A stretch of DNA of 64,000 bases from assembly GCA_028682915.1 (NCBI GenBank), contig JAJRAN010000055.1:318-64317 (forward strand), in the 5' to 3' direction. Below are positions 1 through 8,863 of this stretch, piece by piece. This DNA comes from Methanomassiliicoccales archaeon (GTDB lineage: Archaea > Thermoplasmatota > Thermoplasmata > Methanomassiliicoccales > UBA472). The position numbers and the translations under genes were made by a program. The notes beneath the pieces are model-generated. The model was not told the DNA's origin. It made no database searches and worked only from the letters and a program-made list of their open reading frames with translations. Position 1 is the stretch's first letter, and each line of letters starts with the position of its first letter.

Positions 1-403
1 GAGCGAGCAGCGTGGCCAAGGGGAAGGTTATAGGCAGGAACACCGCCCCCACGACTAGGACGATCGTGCTGATGATCAGGCCGAACCCCGCGCCCGCCAG
101 TGTATCCCCTGTCACCAATATCGGTATGTTCACCGGAAGGGTGAGCAATCGCTCGAAGGTCCCCGCTTGCTTCTCCCAGGGGATGATGAGCGGGCCCACC
201 GATGAGGCGGTGAAGAAAAGGGACATGGCCAGGAAGCCGGGGAAGTACTTCTCGATGTCCAGCTGCCTCCCGACGAAGAAGGCGAAGAAGAGGAAGGTGG
301 GGAGGATGAGCCCGAAGATGAAGACCGGCGCCTTACGATAGTAGATGCGGACGTCCTTCCTGGCGGTCACCAGAATGCCTTTTGTGATGATCCTGTAGTT
401 CAC
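1..403 (-). CDS. ABC-2 type transporter permease (partial, 3' end runs off the left edge)
   Basis: Absent from the ORF track because it has no stop in the window. My reverse-complement translation from GTG (403..401) reads VNYRIITKGILVTARKDVRIYYRKAPVFIFGLILPTFLFFAFFVGRQLDIEKYFPGFLAMSLFFTASSVGPLIIPWEKQAGTFERLL... and stays open to base 1. The N-terminus is hydrophobic and ABC-2 permease-like. Its start overlaps the stop of the upstream ATPase gene (GTGA at 400..403), consistent with translational coupling. Confidence 0.7.
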   Translation of the reverse strand, partial: MNYRIITKGILVTARKDVRIYYRKAPVFIFGLILPTFLFFAFFVGRQLDIEKYFPGFLAMSLFFTASSVGPLIIPWEKQAGTFERLLTLPVNIPILVTGDTLAGAGFGLIISTIVLVVGAVFLPITFPLATLLA

Positions 404-1350
404 GTCTTCCCCTCCGTGAGCTTGATGAAGACGTCCTCGAGGGTTGGGCCTAGCGTCGTCATGGAGATAATCCTCAGGCCTTTCTCCTCCTTTATGGCCA
501 TTATCTTCTCGATGGCCAAATTAGGATCGGAGGTGTAGATGCGTACCTTGTCCCCAGCTTCTTCGGCCTTGGCGACGCAGCGATCGGTGGTGAAGATGCT
601 ACAGTCCACCTTTCGGTCGAAGCTTACCTCGACTGACTGCACCTTCTCGAACGTGGACCTAAGCTTTTCTGGAGAATCGATGACCAGCACCTGCCCCTTG
701 TTGATGATGCAGACCCTCTGGCACATGCGGCTGGCCTCCTCGATGTTGTGCGTGGTGAGGACAACGGTGCTCCCCTTCTTGTTCAACTGCTTCACCTTTT
801 CCAGGATCATCCTCCTGGATTGGACGTCCAACCCTTCGGTGGGCTCGTCCAGGAACAGGACCGGGGGCTCGTGGATCATGGCACAGCCGATGCTGATCCT
901 CTGCCGCATGCCCTTCGAGTACTTCTTGACCGGGTCGTCGCCCCTCTCGGCCAGACCGAGCTCCTTGAGCATCTGCTCCGATCTCTCCTCCCGTTGCTTC
1001 CGGGAAAGGCCGTAGTATCTCGCCATGAGCTCCAGGTTCTCACGGCCGGATAGGTCCGGGTAAACGTTCCCCACCTCTGGGATGACCCCCATCTTCTCCT
1101 TGGCCTCGAGTGACCTCTTCCTGAGGTCCATCCCGAGGACCGTTACGCTTCCAGAGTCGGGTCTGAGTACCCCAGTCATCATGCGGATGGTGGTGGTCTT
1201 GCCAGCCCCGTTGGGGCCCAACAGACCGAAGAACTCGCCTTCCTCGACAGAGAAGGATATGCCGCGCACCGCTTTGGTCTCGCCAAAGGTCTTGACCAGG
1301 TCATGCACTTCGATGGCAGCCATTTTACCCCGGATTCGAATTGCCTCCAT
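400..1350 (-). CDS. ABC transporter ATP-binding protein (ABC-2/DrrA-like exporter ATPase)
   Basis: 316 aa. Walker A GPNGAGKTT, ABC signature YSKGMRQRISIG, Walker B VLFLDEPTEGLD, H-loop TTHNIEE. Confidence 0.95.
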   Translation of the reverse strand: MEAIRIRGKMAAIEVHDLVKTFGETKAVRGISFSVEEGEFFGLLGPNGAGKTTTIRMMTGVLRPDSGSVTVLGMDLRKRSLEAKEKMGVIPEVGNVYPDLSGRENLELMARYYGLSRKQREERSEQMLKELGLAERGDDPVKKYSKGMRQRISIGCAMIHEPPVLFLDEPTEGLDVQSRRMILEKVKQLNKKGSTVVLTTHNIEEASRMCQRVCIINKGQVLVIDSPEKLRSTFEKVQSVEVSFDRKVDCSIFTTDRCVAKAEEAGDKVRIYTSDPNLAIEKIMAIKEEKGLRIISMTTLGPTLEDVFIKLTEGKT

Positions 1351-1448
1351 ATGAGATTAAGGTTCTTGCAGTCAAAATGGAGATTCGGCCCCCAGCTCTG
1401 GCGGGATAATGTAATAATAGCTTCAGGCCATCCTAGGTTGGGAAGGTA

Positions 1449-1874
1449 ATGCCATCGGAAGAGGAAGCAGTAAGGCACGCATCTGAATGCTGGGAAAAAG
1501 GATTCAATTGTGCCGAGTCAGCGCTGCGAGGGGTATGCCATGGCATGGGAATCGTGCTGCCAGAGGTGGCGTTGAAGATTTCCACGCCGTTCGGCGGGGG
1601 GATCGGTCGATGCGAGGACCTGTGCGGGGCGCTATCCGGGGCGGTAATGGGCATAGGAGCCACGCTAGGCAGGAAGGAGGCTGAAGACGACAAATTTGCG
1701 AGTTATGAAGCAGCCAAGAAGCTACATGAGCAGTTCGCGGGCAAGTTTGGATCCTCATCATGCAGAGAGCTGAACCATGGCGACTTCAAATCGAAGGGGC
1801 ACGAGGCCAGGTGTAAGAACTTCACCTTGGAATCGGTTAGGATGACCTATCGCATCCTGAATGAAAAAAAGTGA
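1449..1874 (+). CDS. C_GCAxxG_C_C family (putative redox-active) protein
   Basis: 141 aa. The family's characteristic cysteine pattern is present: FNCAESALRG, DLCGALSGAVMGIG, SSCRELN, EARCKNF. Confidence 0.75.
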   Translation: MPSEEEAVRHASECWEKGFNCAESALRGVCHGMGIVLPEVALKISTPFGGGIGRCEDLCGALSGAVMGIGATLGRKEAEDDKFASYEAAKKLHEQFAGKFGSSSCRELNHGDFKSKGHEARCKNFTLESVRMTYRILNEKK

Positions 1875-2030
1875 ACATTCCATAAGAGGATTGGCTTCCT
1901 CAACAAGCCTGACACTTTAAAGACGATTAATCTAAATCCGTCTTGTATTTGTATATATAGGATAACTATGTCCTGTTTATGCATAATTATTAAATAGGTA
2001 GCCATGCTATCAATTTCTCAATAATCGGGG

Positions 2031-3287
2031 ATGTTAAGCATGGGGAAGCAGAAGATGTTGTTTGTCAGCGGGTCATTGGGACTTGGACATGTCGCCAGGG
2101 ATCTGGCCATTGCGAATGAATTGAGAGCCATCAACAAGGATGTCGAAATAATCTGGTTGGCGGATCCGCCAGCATCCGATTATATCCGGATGACCGGGGA
2201 GACCGTCCTTCCGGATCTGGATAAGATCAGTAGGAATACCAACGACATCGTGGACAGCCACGCCAATGATTATGAGCTGATGCTCAACCCGTATTTCATG
2301 GATTGGTACCAGACCTTCCCTGAGAGGGTCGGGATAATTAACGCGGCCGCTGTGAGGGAGAAGGTCGACCTGATCCTCGGTGATGAGACCTATGACCTCT
2401 ACTGTACATATGCCAGCAAGAAGAATCTCAAGATCAAGCCTTTCCTATTGATACTTGACTTCATCGGAGCTTATAAGGACGCTACCGAAACGAAGTGGCC
2501 CATGAAGATGAGGATGGCGTTCTACATGTTCCAGAGGTGGACTTACACGCACATGAAGAGCAGCTACGGAAAGGAGGGGACGATCTTCGTCGGGGAGACG
2601 GACGACGTCCCGGCGGATAAGCTCGCCATTCCTATGCCCAACCGTCGCGAGATAGTGAGGAGATATGGGAATAGCGTTGGATACATCCTCAATTTCGACC
2701 CGGCCACGGTAGGCAGCAAGGAGGAGATGCGCAAAAGGCTAGGCTATGGCCCAGAGCCGCTTGTGCTGGTAACGATAGGGGGGACGGCTGCCGGGGCACC
2801 TCTCCTCAAAAAGGCGGTGGCGGCCTACTCGTTCATGAAGAAAAGCGTTCCGGAGCTGAACATGGTCTTGGTGAACGGCCCGAGGGTCCCGTTAGATTAC
2901 GTGCAACCCTCCAACGGTGTGAAGGTGCTGGGCATGGTCCCGAACCTCTACCAGCACATGGTCGCGTCCGACCTTGTGATATGCTCTGGAGGAGGGACTA
3001 CCACGACGGAGCTGCAGGCGTTGAACAAGCCGTTCCTCTACTTCCCGTTGAAGAAGCATTTCGAGCAGAATATCGATGTGGCATACCATCTGCAGAGGGA
3101 CAAGATCGGTGTCAAGATGGCCTATGATGAGACGAGCCCTGAGCTGCTGGCCTCGAAGGCATTAGAGAATCTTGGCCGACAGGTAAACTATACCAAGGTC
3201 AGGACGGATGGAGCCACGAGGGCTGCTGCGCATACGGATATGGTGCTCAAGCGCATCGAGCGGGGCGAGATCAAGGTGGCAGGCTAA
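2031..3287 (+). CDS. GT-B fold glycosyltransferase (MurG/UDP-glycosyltransferase-like)
   Basis: 418 aa. N-terminal FVSGSLGLGHVARDLAIANEL and C-terminal nucleotide-sugar motif ICSGGGTTTTELQALNKPFLYFPL. An AT-rich promoter region lies upstream (1875-2030). Confidence 0.7.
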   Translation: MLSMGKQKMLFVSGSLGLGHVARDLAIANELRAINKDVEIIWLADPPASDYIRMTGETVLPDLDKISRNTNDIVDSHANDYELMLNPYFMDWYQTFPERVGIINAAAVREKVDLILGDETYDLYCTYASKKNLKIKPFLLILDFIGAYKDATETKWPMKMRMAFYMFQRWTYTHMKSSYGKEGTIFVGETDDVPADKLAIPMPNRREIVRRYGNSVGYILNFDPATVGSKEEMRKRLGYGPEPLVLVTIGGTAAGAPLLKKAVAAYSFMKKSVPELNMVLVNGPRVPLDYVQPSNGVKVLGMVPNLYQHMVASDLVICSGGGTTTTELQALNKPFLYFPLKKHFEQNIDVAYHLQRDKIGVKMAYDETSPELLASKALENLGRQVNYTKVRTDGATRAAAHTDMVLKRIERGEIKVAG

Positions 3288-4324
3288 GGCCCGATCCTAT
3301 GGAAAGGATTGGCGACGGAATAGAGCCCTGGCCTGGAGGAGGACGATGGGTCGTCGTACCTACTGTAAGGACGCCCGACCCGGATGCCCACCTCAGCCAA
3401 TGACCGCGTGACCTGAGAAAGCGAATCGTCGTCGTCGAACCTAATGGGAAACCGCGCGGCTGTATCCACGTTCTCTGTAAGAACGATGTGCGCTCCGGGG
3501 ATCTTCTCGATTCTCTGACGGAGCTTCTGAAAATTGTACCTTCGGATCTCCAGATAATGCTCTAGCTTCATCATCTCAGCGATGATTATGAGCATCGAGA
3601 CCAATGGCATCTTCGCATTCTCTATCTTGTCTGGGAAGTATTGGGAATCGTCGTAGGCGAAGCCTGGTTGGACGACTTCGTTGACCTCCCCGACTTTACT
3701 TCTGCCCTTCCTCAAGGACCTGAACAAAATGGCGAGATAGAATTCCTTGTTGATACCTATGTCACGGCTCGGTGGCGGTTTGCATCCATGGAAGGATTGG
3801 TGCAGTAGAAGGGCACCCCCGTTCATGCTATCGATGCTCTTGTTATGGAAGCTAAGTATCACCGCTTCTGGCCTGCACGAGAGCGGTCCCATGAACTGCG
3901 CTTGATCGAGGACGATTATCGGACCACCGTCGGCTTCCGACCACTTTTTGATCTGCCGATCGTAGGCTTCGCCTTGAGCCCCGAAGATGGGGGAGAACAG
4001 AACCACGTCTGGGGAATTCTCTTCTATCAGCGAGTCGAGCTCTTTTTCATCAGGGACCAATGTCTTGCCAAGCGGATAGCAATGGATGATCGCCCCTGCT
4101 TGCTCGATGGCATGCGGGACGGAGGCGCATATGTAATCCTGGACCAGAGCCATTGGTACCCCCCTTCCACGGGAAAGTCCCTGGAAGAAGGACAGGATGG
4201 CTGATCTGGCCGAGATGTGAAGGACGATTCGGTAATCATCTCCGATCAGGAGAGTGTTCCTTATCTGTGCCTTGACGATTACCTCCAGCAGCTTTCTGAT
4301 CGTCGATGCATCACCGTCTAGCAT
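3284..4324 (-). CDS. DegT/DnrJ/EryC1/StrS-like PLP-dependent aminotransferase (divergent)
   Basis: 346 aa. The SFHNKSIDSMNGGALL segment matches the family's SF(H/Y)xxKxxxxGEGG Schiff-base lysine region, and VLDQAQFMG matches the D-x-A-x-A/G region. Convergent with the glycosyltransferase gene, with a 4-nt overlap of stop codons (CTAA). Confidence 0.55.
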   Translation of the reverse strand: MLDGDASTIRKLLEVIVKAQIRNTLLIGDDYRIVLHISARSAILSFFQGLSRGRGVPMALVQDYICASVPHAIEQAGAIIHCYPLGKTLVPDEKELDSLIEENSPDVVLFSPIFGAQGEAYDRQIKKWSEADGGPIIVLDQAQFMGPLSCRPEAVILSFHNKSIDSMNGGALLLHQSFHGCKPPPSRDIGINKEFYLAILFRSLRKGRSKVGEVNEVVQPGFAYDDSQYFPDKIENAKMPLVSMLIIIAEMMKLEHYLEIRRYNFQKLRQRIEKIPGAHIVLTENVDTAARFPIRFDDDDSLSQVTRSLAEVGIRVGRPYSRYDDPSSSSRPGLYSVANPFHRIGP

Positions 4325-4902
4325 CCCAATTGTTCATGATAGATATTTCAAACATCCCTGGTAGCTATACTGGTTCCAATTCCGGCTCCTCTTCGTAGAA
4401 TAAATATGACCTCGCACGGACTGACCTCCTTGAGGTCGGGATGATCTCCAAGGAGTCTGGACCATGGATAAGGAATGGAGCCCCGAGGAGGCGATGCAAG
4501 ACCTCCTAGGAAGGCACCTTGATGGCGATCTAGCGGAAGCTTGCTTCGACTCCTTGGAGGGGGGTCGATCACGACGACCTGTATTCGATAAGGAGAAAGA
4601 TAGGCGAGAGGGTCGTTGACGCGACTAAGCTCGACGAGATCATCAGGGAATATTGTGCGTGGCTGCTCAACTCCATTCTAGATGAGAGAAGCCCCCTGGC
4701 GCCTGAAAACACGGTCAAGAGATTCCTAGGCCCGGGTATTTATCATCGATTCTCGCCCTTTTTCGCCCCTTATTCTTTTTTTCGATATATCGTTGGACTT
4801 TCAGGACGAGCCATCATCCTCGAATCGAAGTTATCACTATTGAAAACCAGCTGCTAACGCTTTTTAAAGGCTCCCCTCATAGAAAATATCAAGGCGGATG
4901 CT

Positions 4903-6084
4903 ATGGAGCTCATTTCCATAGGCCTGCTATCACCGATAGTAGGCATGATCGGAGTAGGCATGGGCATATACGTCTATATGCAGAGCCCAGGCTTTCCAAC
5001 CGCCCGGGTCTTTCTTGGCGCCATGTGGTTGTTCTTCTTTGGTGCGTTCTTGGACTTCATTTTAATCTACGCTCCTGGCTACGAGTCCGCCTTATGGATT
5101 GCCAGGGCTGAGCTTTTCGTGATCATTCTGCTCTTTGCGAGCATATTGTACCTGGCGTCATTCCTTCCGCACGAACGATTCAGTGGTTGGTTCCGAGGCA
5201 AGGAGTTCATGCTTGCGATCATCGCTGTCCTTTCCGCCACGATTGCGGTGATGCCGGTGGACCAGGTAGTGTACACCCCGTCTGGCTGGGGAGTACACGG
5301 ATCCACGGCCTTCCTCATCTGGACGGCCGTCGTAATGGGGTACATCATCGTCACCATCTACATGGTGCACACGACATGCAAGGGAGTCAAGTGGGAAAGA
5401 ACCAAGAAGCAGAGCCAGCTGATCTCCTTAGGGGTCATCTCACCTGTGCTCTACGCTTTTATTTTGAGCATACTCGAGGAGGAGGTGGTCGACATGCCCT
5501 CAATACTCTCACCAGGGTTCCTGGCCTTGGCCTGCGTCTTCGCCTATGGCATCATGCGCTACCGCTTGTTCCTGCCCTCAGCGGTGAGCGAGACGGACAT
5601 CAAGGGGGTCAAACGCCGCGATAAGGAGATGGCAGAGTCGGCCAAGTTCCTGATGGTGGAGGAAAAGAGGCCCGAGCGCTCCTATCGCCTTTTCCTCGGC
5701 CTCCTGGCCAATGGAAAGCATGGCCTGGTCATAACCAGATCTCACCCAGACCTCTTGCGCGAAGAGTATCGGATCGAGAAGACCCCGGTTCTGTGGCTAG
5801 CAAAGCAACCCGGCCCCAATCGAATCGAGCCTGCCAACCTGTCCATTCTGCAGCAGATCGTTACCGAGTTCATGAAGAAGGGCCTGAATGCAGCGGTGAT
5901 CATAGACAGTCTGGAGTACATCATGGAGAACAACCCACCCGAAGAGGTGATGATGATGCTCTATGACATCAGGGATGAGATCCAGGTCACCAATTCGACT
6001 CTGGTCCTCTCGGTGGACCCTGAGACCATGGACCCTCAATACGTAGCCCTGCTAGAGAGGGAATTCCAGGTGCTGGTGGCATAA
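4903..6084 (+). CDS. Multi-pass membrane protein with C-terminal DUF835 (KaiC/RecA-like, P-loop-less) domain
   Basis: 393 aa. About 7 hydrophobic helices in the first ~220 aa. The C-terminus (HGLVITRSHPDLLREEY...VLWLAK...AAVIIDSLEYIM...LVLSVDPETMD) is typical of archaeal DUF835. Confidence 0.75.
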   Translation: MELISIGLLSPIVGMIGVGMGIYVYMQSPGFPTARVFLGAMWLFFFGAFLDFILIYAPGYESALWIARAELFVIILLFASILYLASFLPHERFSGWFRGKEFMLAIIAVLSATIAVMPVDQVVYTPSGWGVHGSTAFLIWTAVVMGYIIVTIYMVHTTCKGVKWERTKKQSQLISLGVISPVLYAFILSILEEEVVDMPSILSPGFLALACVFAYGIMRYRLFLPSAVSETDIKGVKRRDKEMAESAKFLMVEEKRPERSYRLFLGLLANGKHGLVITRSHPDLLREEYRIEKTPVLWLAKQPGPNRIEPANLSILQQIVTEFMKKGLNAAVIIDSLEYIMENNPPEEVMMMLYDIRDEIQVTNSTLVLSVDPETMDPQYVALLEREFQVLVA

Positions 6085-6297
6085 TCAGCATGATTATGGA
6101 AAAGCAGAATATTTTAGGAAAAAATTGAATAGCCTTTGGCCGGCGTCCCGAGCCGGGTCAATTACCCAATCTGCTGAAATAACCGACCTAGGCTAGACTA
6201 TTCTATTACATTACTTCCAGATTGCTACCTCGGTTGACTTTACCTTCCGCATAGCTTTTCCCCCTCGGAATATTTTGGTTCCTCTCTGCTTGAGAGA

Positions 6298-6365
6298 AGT
6301 ATTATCTAAAGGGATAATAATCACATATAAAACTATGCAGATAGTATTATCTATAGGGATAATAA
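6298..6365. promoter_or_regulatory. Two copies of a 23-bp palindromic motif (putative operator pair) in an AT-rich intergenic island
   Basis: AGTATTATCTAAAGGGATAATAA (6298..6320) and AGTATTATCTATAGGGATAATAA (6343..6365) differ at one position and start 45 bp apart. Each contains the inverted repeat TATTATC-N6-GATAATA. They lie ~130-190 bp upstream of the polyprenyl synthetase-like gene. Confidence 0.5.
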
Positions 6366-6487
6366 AGATGTCAGTAAGCTGAGAATTCTTTCAAGCAAAA
6401 TAATTATCAATAGTATAAATATGGCACCGTTCAGCGCGATTTCATGGACCTTGCCCGAGTAATTAACAATAATATCATCAGATTATA

Positions 6488-7480
6488 TTGATACCTGAGA
6501 ATGGATGGCTCGCGGGGATTGAAATGGACGTAAAGGACAGGATGAGGGAGCTTGGGGAAGGGATCGTGAACGAGGCTTTCGACGATTTATTCTCACATGG
6601 AATACCCTCATCAAAGGCCAATCGCGTCCTTAGGAAGTTCTCGCGATGGTGGACGGACTACACCAGAGCCGCACTGATAGTAATGTCCTGCCAGGCGGTG
6701 GGGGGAGACCCCGTCTTAGTCCGCCAAGCCGCTAAAAGCTTGGTCCTGGCCGGTGGCGCGTTCGATCTGCACGATGACATCATCGATAGATCCTTCGTTC
6801 GTAAGAAGGCGAGGAAGAAGACGATTCAGGGCCAATTCGGAATGGAGGCCACACTACTGGCTGGGGACGCCCTCCTGATCGGCGGACTCGTAAACCTGGC
6901 AGAGATGCCTGGACTGAGCAATGCCACTAAGAAGGAGGTCGTGGCCGAGATAACGAAAGGGCTCTTCGAACTGGGTTCAGCGGAGATGGATGAGATGGCG
7001 TTCGTCCACAACCTGGATACGACGCCACGAAGCTATATCCGAATCCTTTGGATGAAATCTGGGGATCTGGAATCGTACACCAAGGTCGGGGCGATGATCG
7101 GCAATGGCTCCAAGGAGGAGGTGGAAGCCTTGGGCATGTACGGCCGATGTCTAGGCATGGTCTGCATTCTCAGGGACGAGCTCGAGGATACGTTCAATGA
7201 CTTCTACGAGCTTAGGTCGAGGATCTCCAGCGAAAGCCTGCCCCTGCCGATCGTTTACTCGCTCGGCGACGCGAAATGCCGCTCACATCTGAAGAAACTC
7301 TTCAGAGCCTTGCCCAAGGAGCCTTCGGACAAGGAACTAGAGAGGCTGATCGAGATCATCGACCAGAACCGAGGCTTCGACAAGGGGCAGGCGCTCATCA
7401 ACAAGTACGTAAGAAGAGCGAGAGCCGAGGCCAGAAAGCTCAAGGACCCAGAGCCGTTCCTGGCGATGTTCCATTCTTGA
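6488..7480 (+). CDS. Polyprenyl synthetase family protein (divergent trans-isoprenyl diphosphate synthase)
   Basis: 330 aa. First Asp-rich motif FDLHDDIIDRS (DDxxD). The second motif position reads LRDELEDTFND (DELED rather than canonical DDxxD). The track start is TTG 6488, and an in-frame ATG at 6524 is an alternative. Confidence 0.75.
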   Translation: MIPENGWLAGIEMDVKDRMRELGEGIVNEAFDDLFSHGIPSSKANRVLRKFSRWWTDYTRAALIVMSCQAVGGDPVLVRQAAKSLVLAGGAFDLHDDIIDRSFVRKKARKKTIQGQFGMEATLLAGDALLIGGLVNLAEMPGLSNATKKEVVAEITKGLFELGSAEMDEMAFVHNLDTTPRSYIRILWMKSGDLESYTKVGAMIGNGSKEEVEALGMYGRCLGMVCILRDELEDTFNDFYELRSRISSESLPLPIVYSLGDAKCRSHLKKLFRALPKEPSDKELERLIEIIDQNRGFDKGQALINKYVRRARAEARKLKDPEPFLAMFHS

Positions 7481-7500
7481 ACTTCCTTGAGATAGTTTGA

Positions 7501-8265
7501 ATGGCGCCGACTCCCATCGATGGTGCGAGAGAAATGTTGCCGATAGCCCTACTGATGATCGAACACCGCCAGATAGAGCGAATGATACCCCTACTCCATG
7601 AAGAGGCGAGGAGGGCACGGGCGGGGACCATTGACGTCGAGCGAATCGATGCCCTGGTGGATTTCATCCGTACCTATGCGGACAAATGCCACCATGGGAA
7701 GGAAGAGGATATACTGTTCGAAGCTCTGAGGACCAAGCCCATGACCAAGGATGGAGGGGCGGTCATGGAACGCTTGATTGAGGACCACAAGACCTCCAGG
7801 GTATATGTCAGAACGGTTTTGGACGCGACCCGACGCTATCGTCATTCCGATGCTGGCGGCCTCAATGAACTTGCTGATGGGCTGGAGGACTTGGCCAACC
7901 TCTACCCCCGACATATCGCCATCGAGGACAAGGACTTCTTCATCCCCAGCATGGCACTGTTCTCAAGGGAGGAGCAGAGCCGGATGATGGCCCAATTCCA
8001 GAGCTTCGATAGGAACCTGATACATCAGCTATATCGGGCGCGGATGGACGAGCTCGCTGGTGAAGTGAAGAGGAGCCGAGCAAGGACCAAGCCCAGCGCC
8101 GACCCGGGGGCGAAATGGGCTTGCACCGTCTGCGATCTTGTCTACGACCCGTCGAAAGGAGATCCGGACCACGGGATAGCCCCCGGGACCCGATTCGAGG
8201 ACATTCCTGATGATTGGGCATGCCCGCTGTGCGGAGCGGCCAAGACCGCTTTCAGAGTGCTTTAA
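7501..8265 (+). CDS. Hemerythrin-like domain protein fused to a C-terminal rubredoxin
   Basis: 254 aa. HHE-type metal ligand segments ([36 protein letters not shown]). The C-terminal [12 protein letters not shown]...[12 protein letters not shown] (about 8113..8262) is a canonical rubredoxin 2xCxxC. Confidence 0.85.
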   Translation: MAPTPIDGAREMLPIALLMIEHRQIERMIPLLHEEARRARAGTIDVERIDALVDFIRTYADKCHHGKEEDILFEALRTKPMTKDGGAVMERLIEDHKTSRVYVRTVLDATRRYRHSDAGGLNELADGLEDLANLYPRHIAIEDKDFFIPSMALFSREEQSRMMAQFQSFDRNLIHQLYRARMDELAGEVKRSRARTKPSADPGAKWACTVCDLVYDPSKGDPDHGIAPGTRFEDIPDDWACPLCGAAKTAFRVL

Positions 8266-8482
8266 TTGGTCAATCGGAATTGGGTCATCGGTAGGCGCAT
8301 CCCTGAAAATTCATATCAATTTCCAACAGGGGTTTGCATAAATTCTTATACTTGCATTATGTCATCGACACAAGCTAGATCTCATCCATTCACTTGCGCC
8401 CCTACGACCCCATCTGGGGGAGGAGGAGCCTCCGAGAGAAGGGCATAGAATTTAGTGAAAGACTATCGGAGGTGAATCAATA

Positions 8483-8629
8483 ATGTACGACAGGCCGCCA
8501 AAGGAGAAGCACAAGGCCATCTGCAGCGACTGCAAGAAGGAGTGCGAAGTACCATTCAAGCCCACTGAGGGCAGGCCAGTTTACTGCCGCGACTGCTTCA
8601 GCAAGCACAAGCCGGCAAAGCGCTACTAA
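8483..8629 (+). CDS. CxxC-x17-CxxC zinc-ribbon miniprotein (48 aa)
   Basis: Below the ORF-track size cutoff. My translation is MYDRPPKEKHKAICSDCKKECEVPFKPTEGRPVYCRDCFSKHKPAKRY. It has CxxC-17-CxxC spacing, a perfect GGAGGTGA RBS 7 nt upstream, and a long oligo-T tract downstream. Confidence 0.8.
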   Translation: MYDRPPKEKHKAICSDCKKECEVPFKPTEGRPVYCRDCFSKHKPAKRY

Positions 8630-8660
8630 GTCCTCTTGCGCCACGCGCGCAAGCCATATT

Positions 8661-8690
8661 CCTTTCTTTTTTTTTAATTTTTATTTTCTT
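8661..8690 (+). terminator. Oligo-T archaeal terminator region
   Basis: CCTTTCTTTTTTTTTAATTTTTATTTTCTT lies about 30 nt after the zinc-ribbon gene stop. Confidence 0.5.
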
Positions 8691-8863
8691 CCGCTATTTG
8701 TGAATTTACGTTCCTAGTTGAATTGCCCGTTTTGGCACTTTCAGCGTTTGCAGCGATCACCGTGGACCAGTACGGAACGTGCTGCGCTTGTCGAGATGGG
8801 CGGCATTGTCCGGCTAATGGAAAAAACATAGGAGTAAATAGGGGGGCCTAGGTCATTGCAAGC

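Noticed and set aside
12-341. 109-aa plus-strand ORF at the left edge
   Set aside because: The opposite strand encodes a convincing ABC-2 permease N-terminus translationally coupled to the ATPase gene. The plus-strand product is Pro/Arg/Lys-rich with no motifs.
3284-3287. Convergent gene pairs with overlapping or abutting stops: 3284..3287 CTAA, 13435/13436, 23965..23968 CTAG and 27288/27290
   Set aside because: This is real, but it simply reflects genome compaction and is not evidence of a special element.
4348-4572. 74-aa minus-strand ORF in the spacer
   Set aside because: Pro/Arg/Gly/Ser-rich, with no RBS and no motif. It is probably non-coding.
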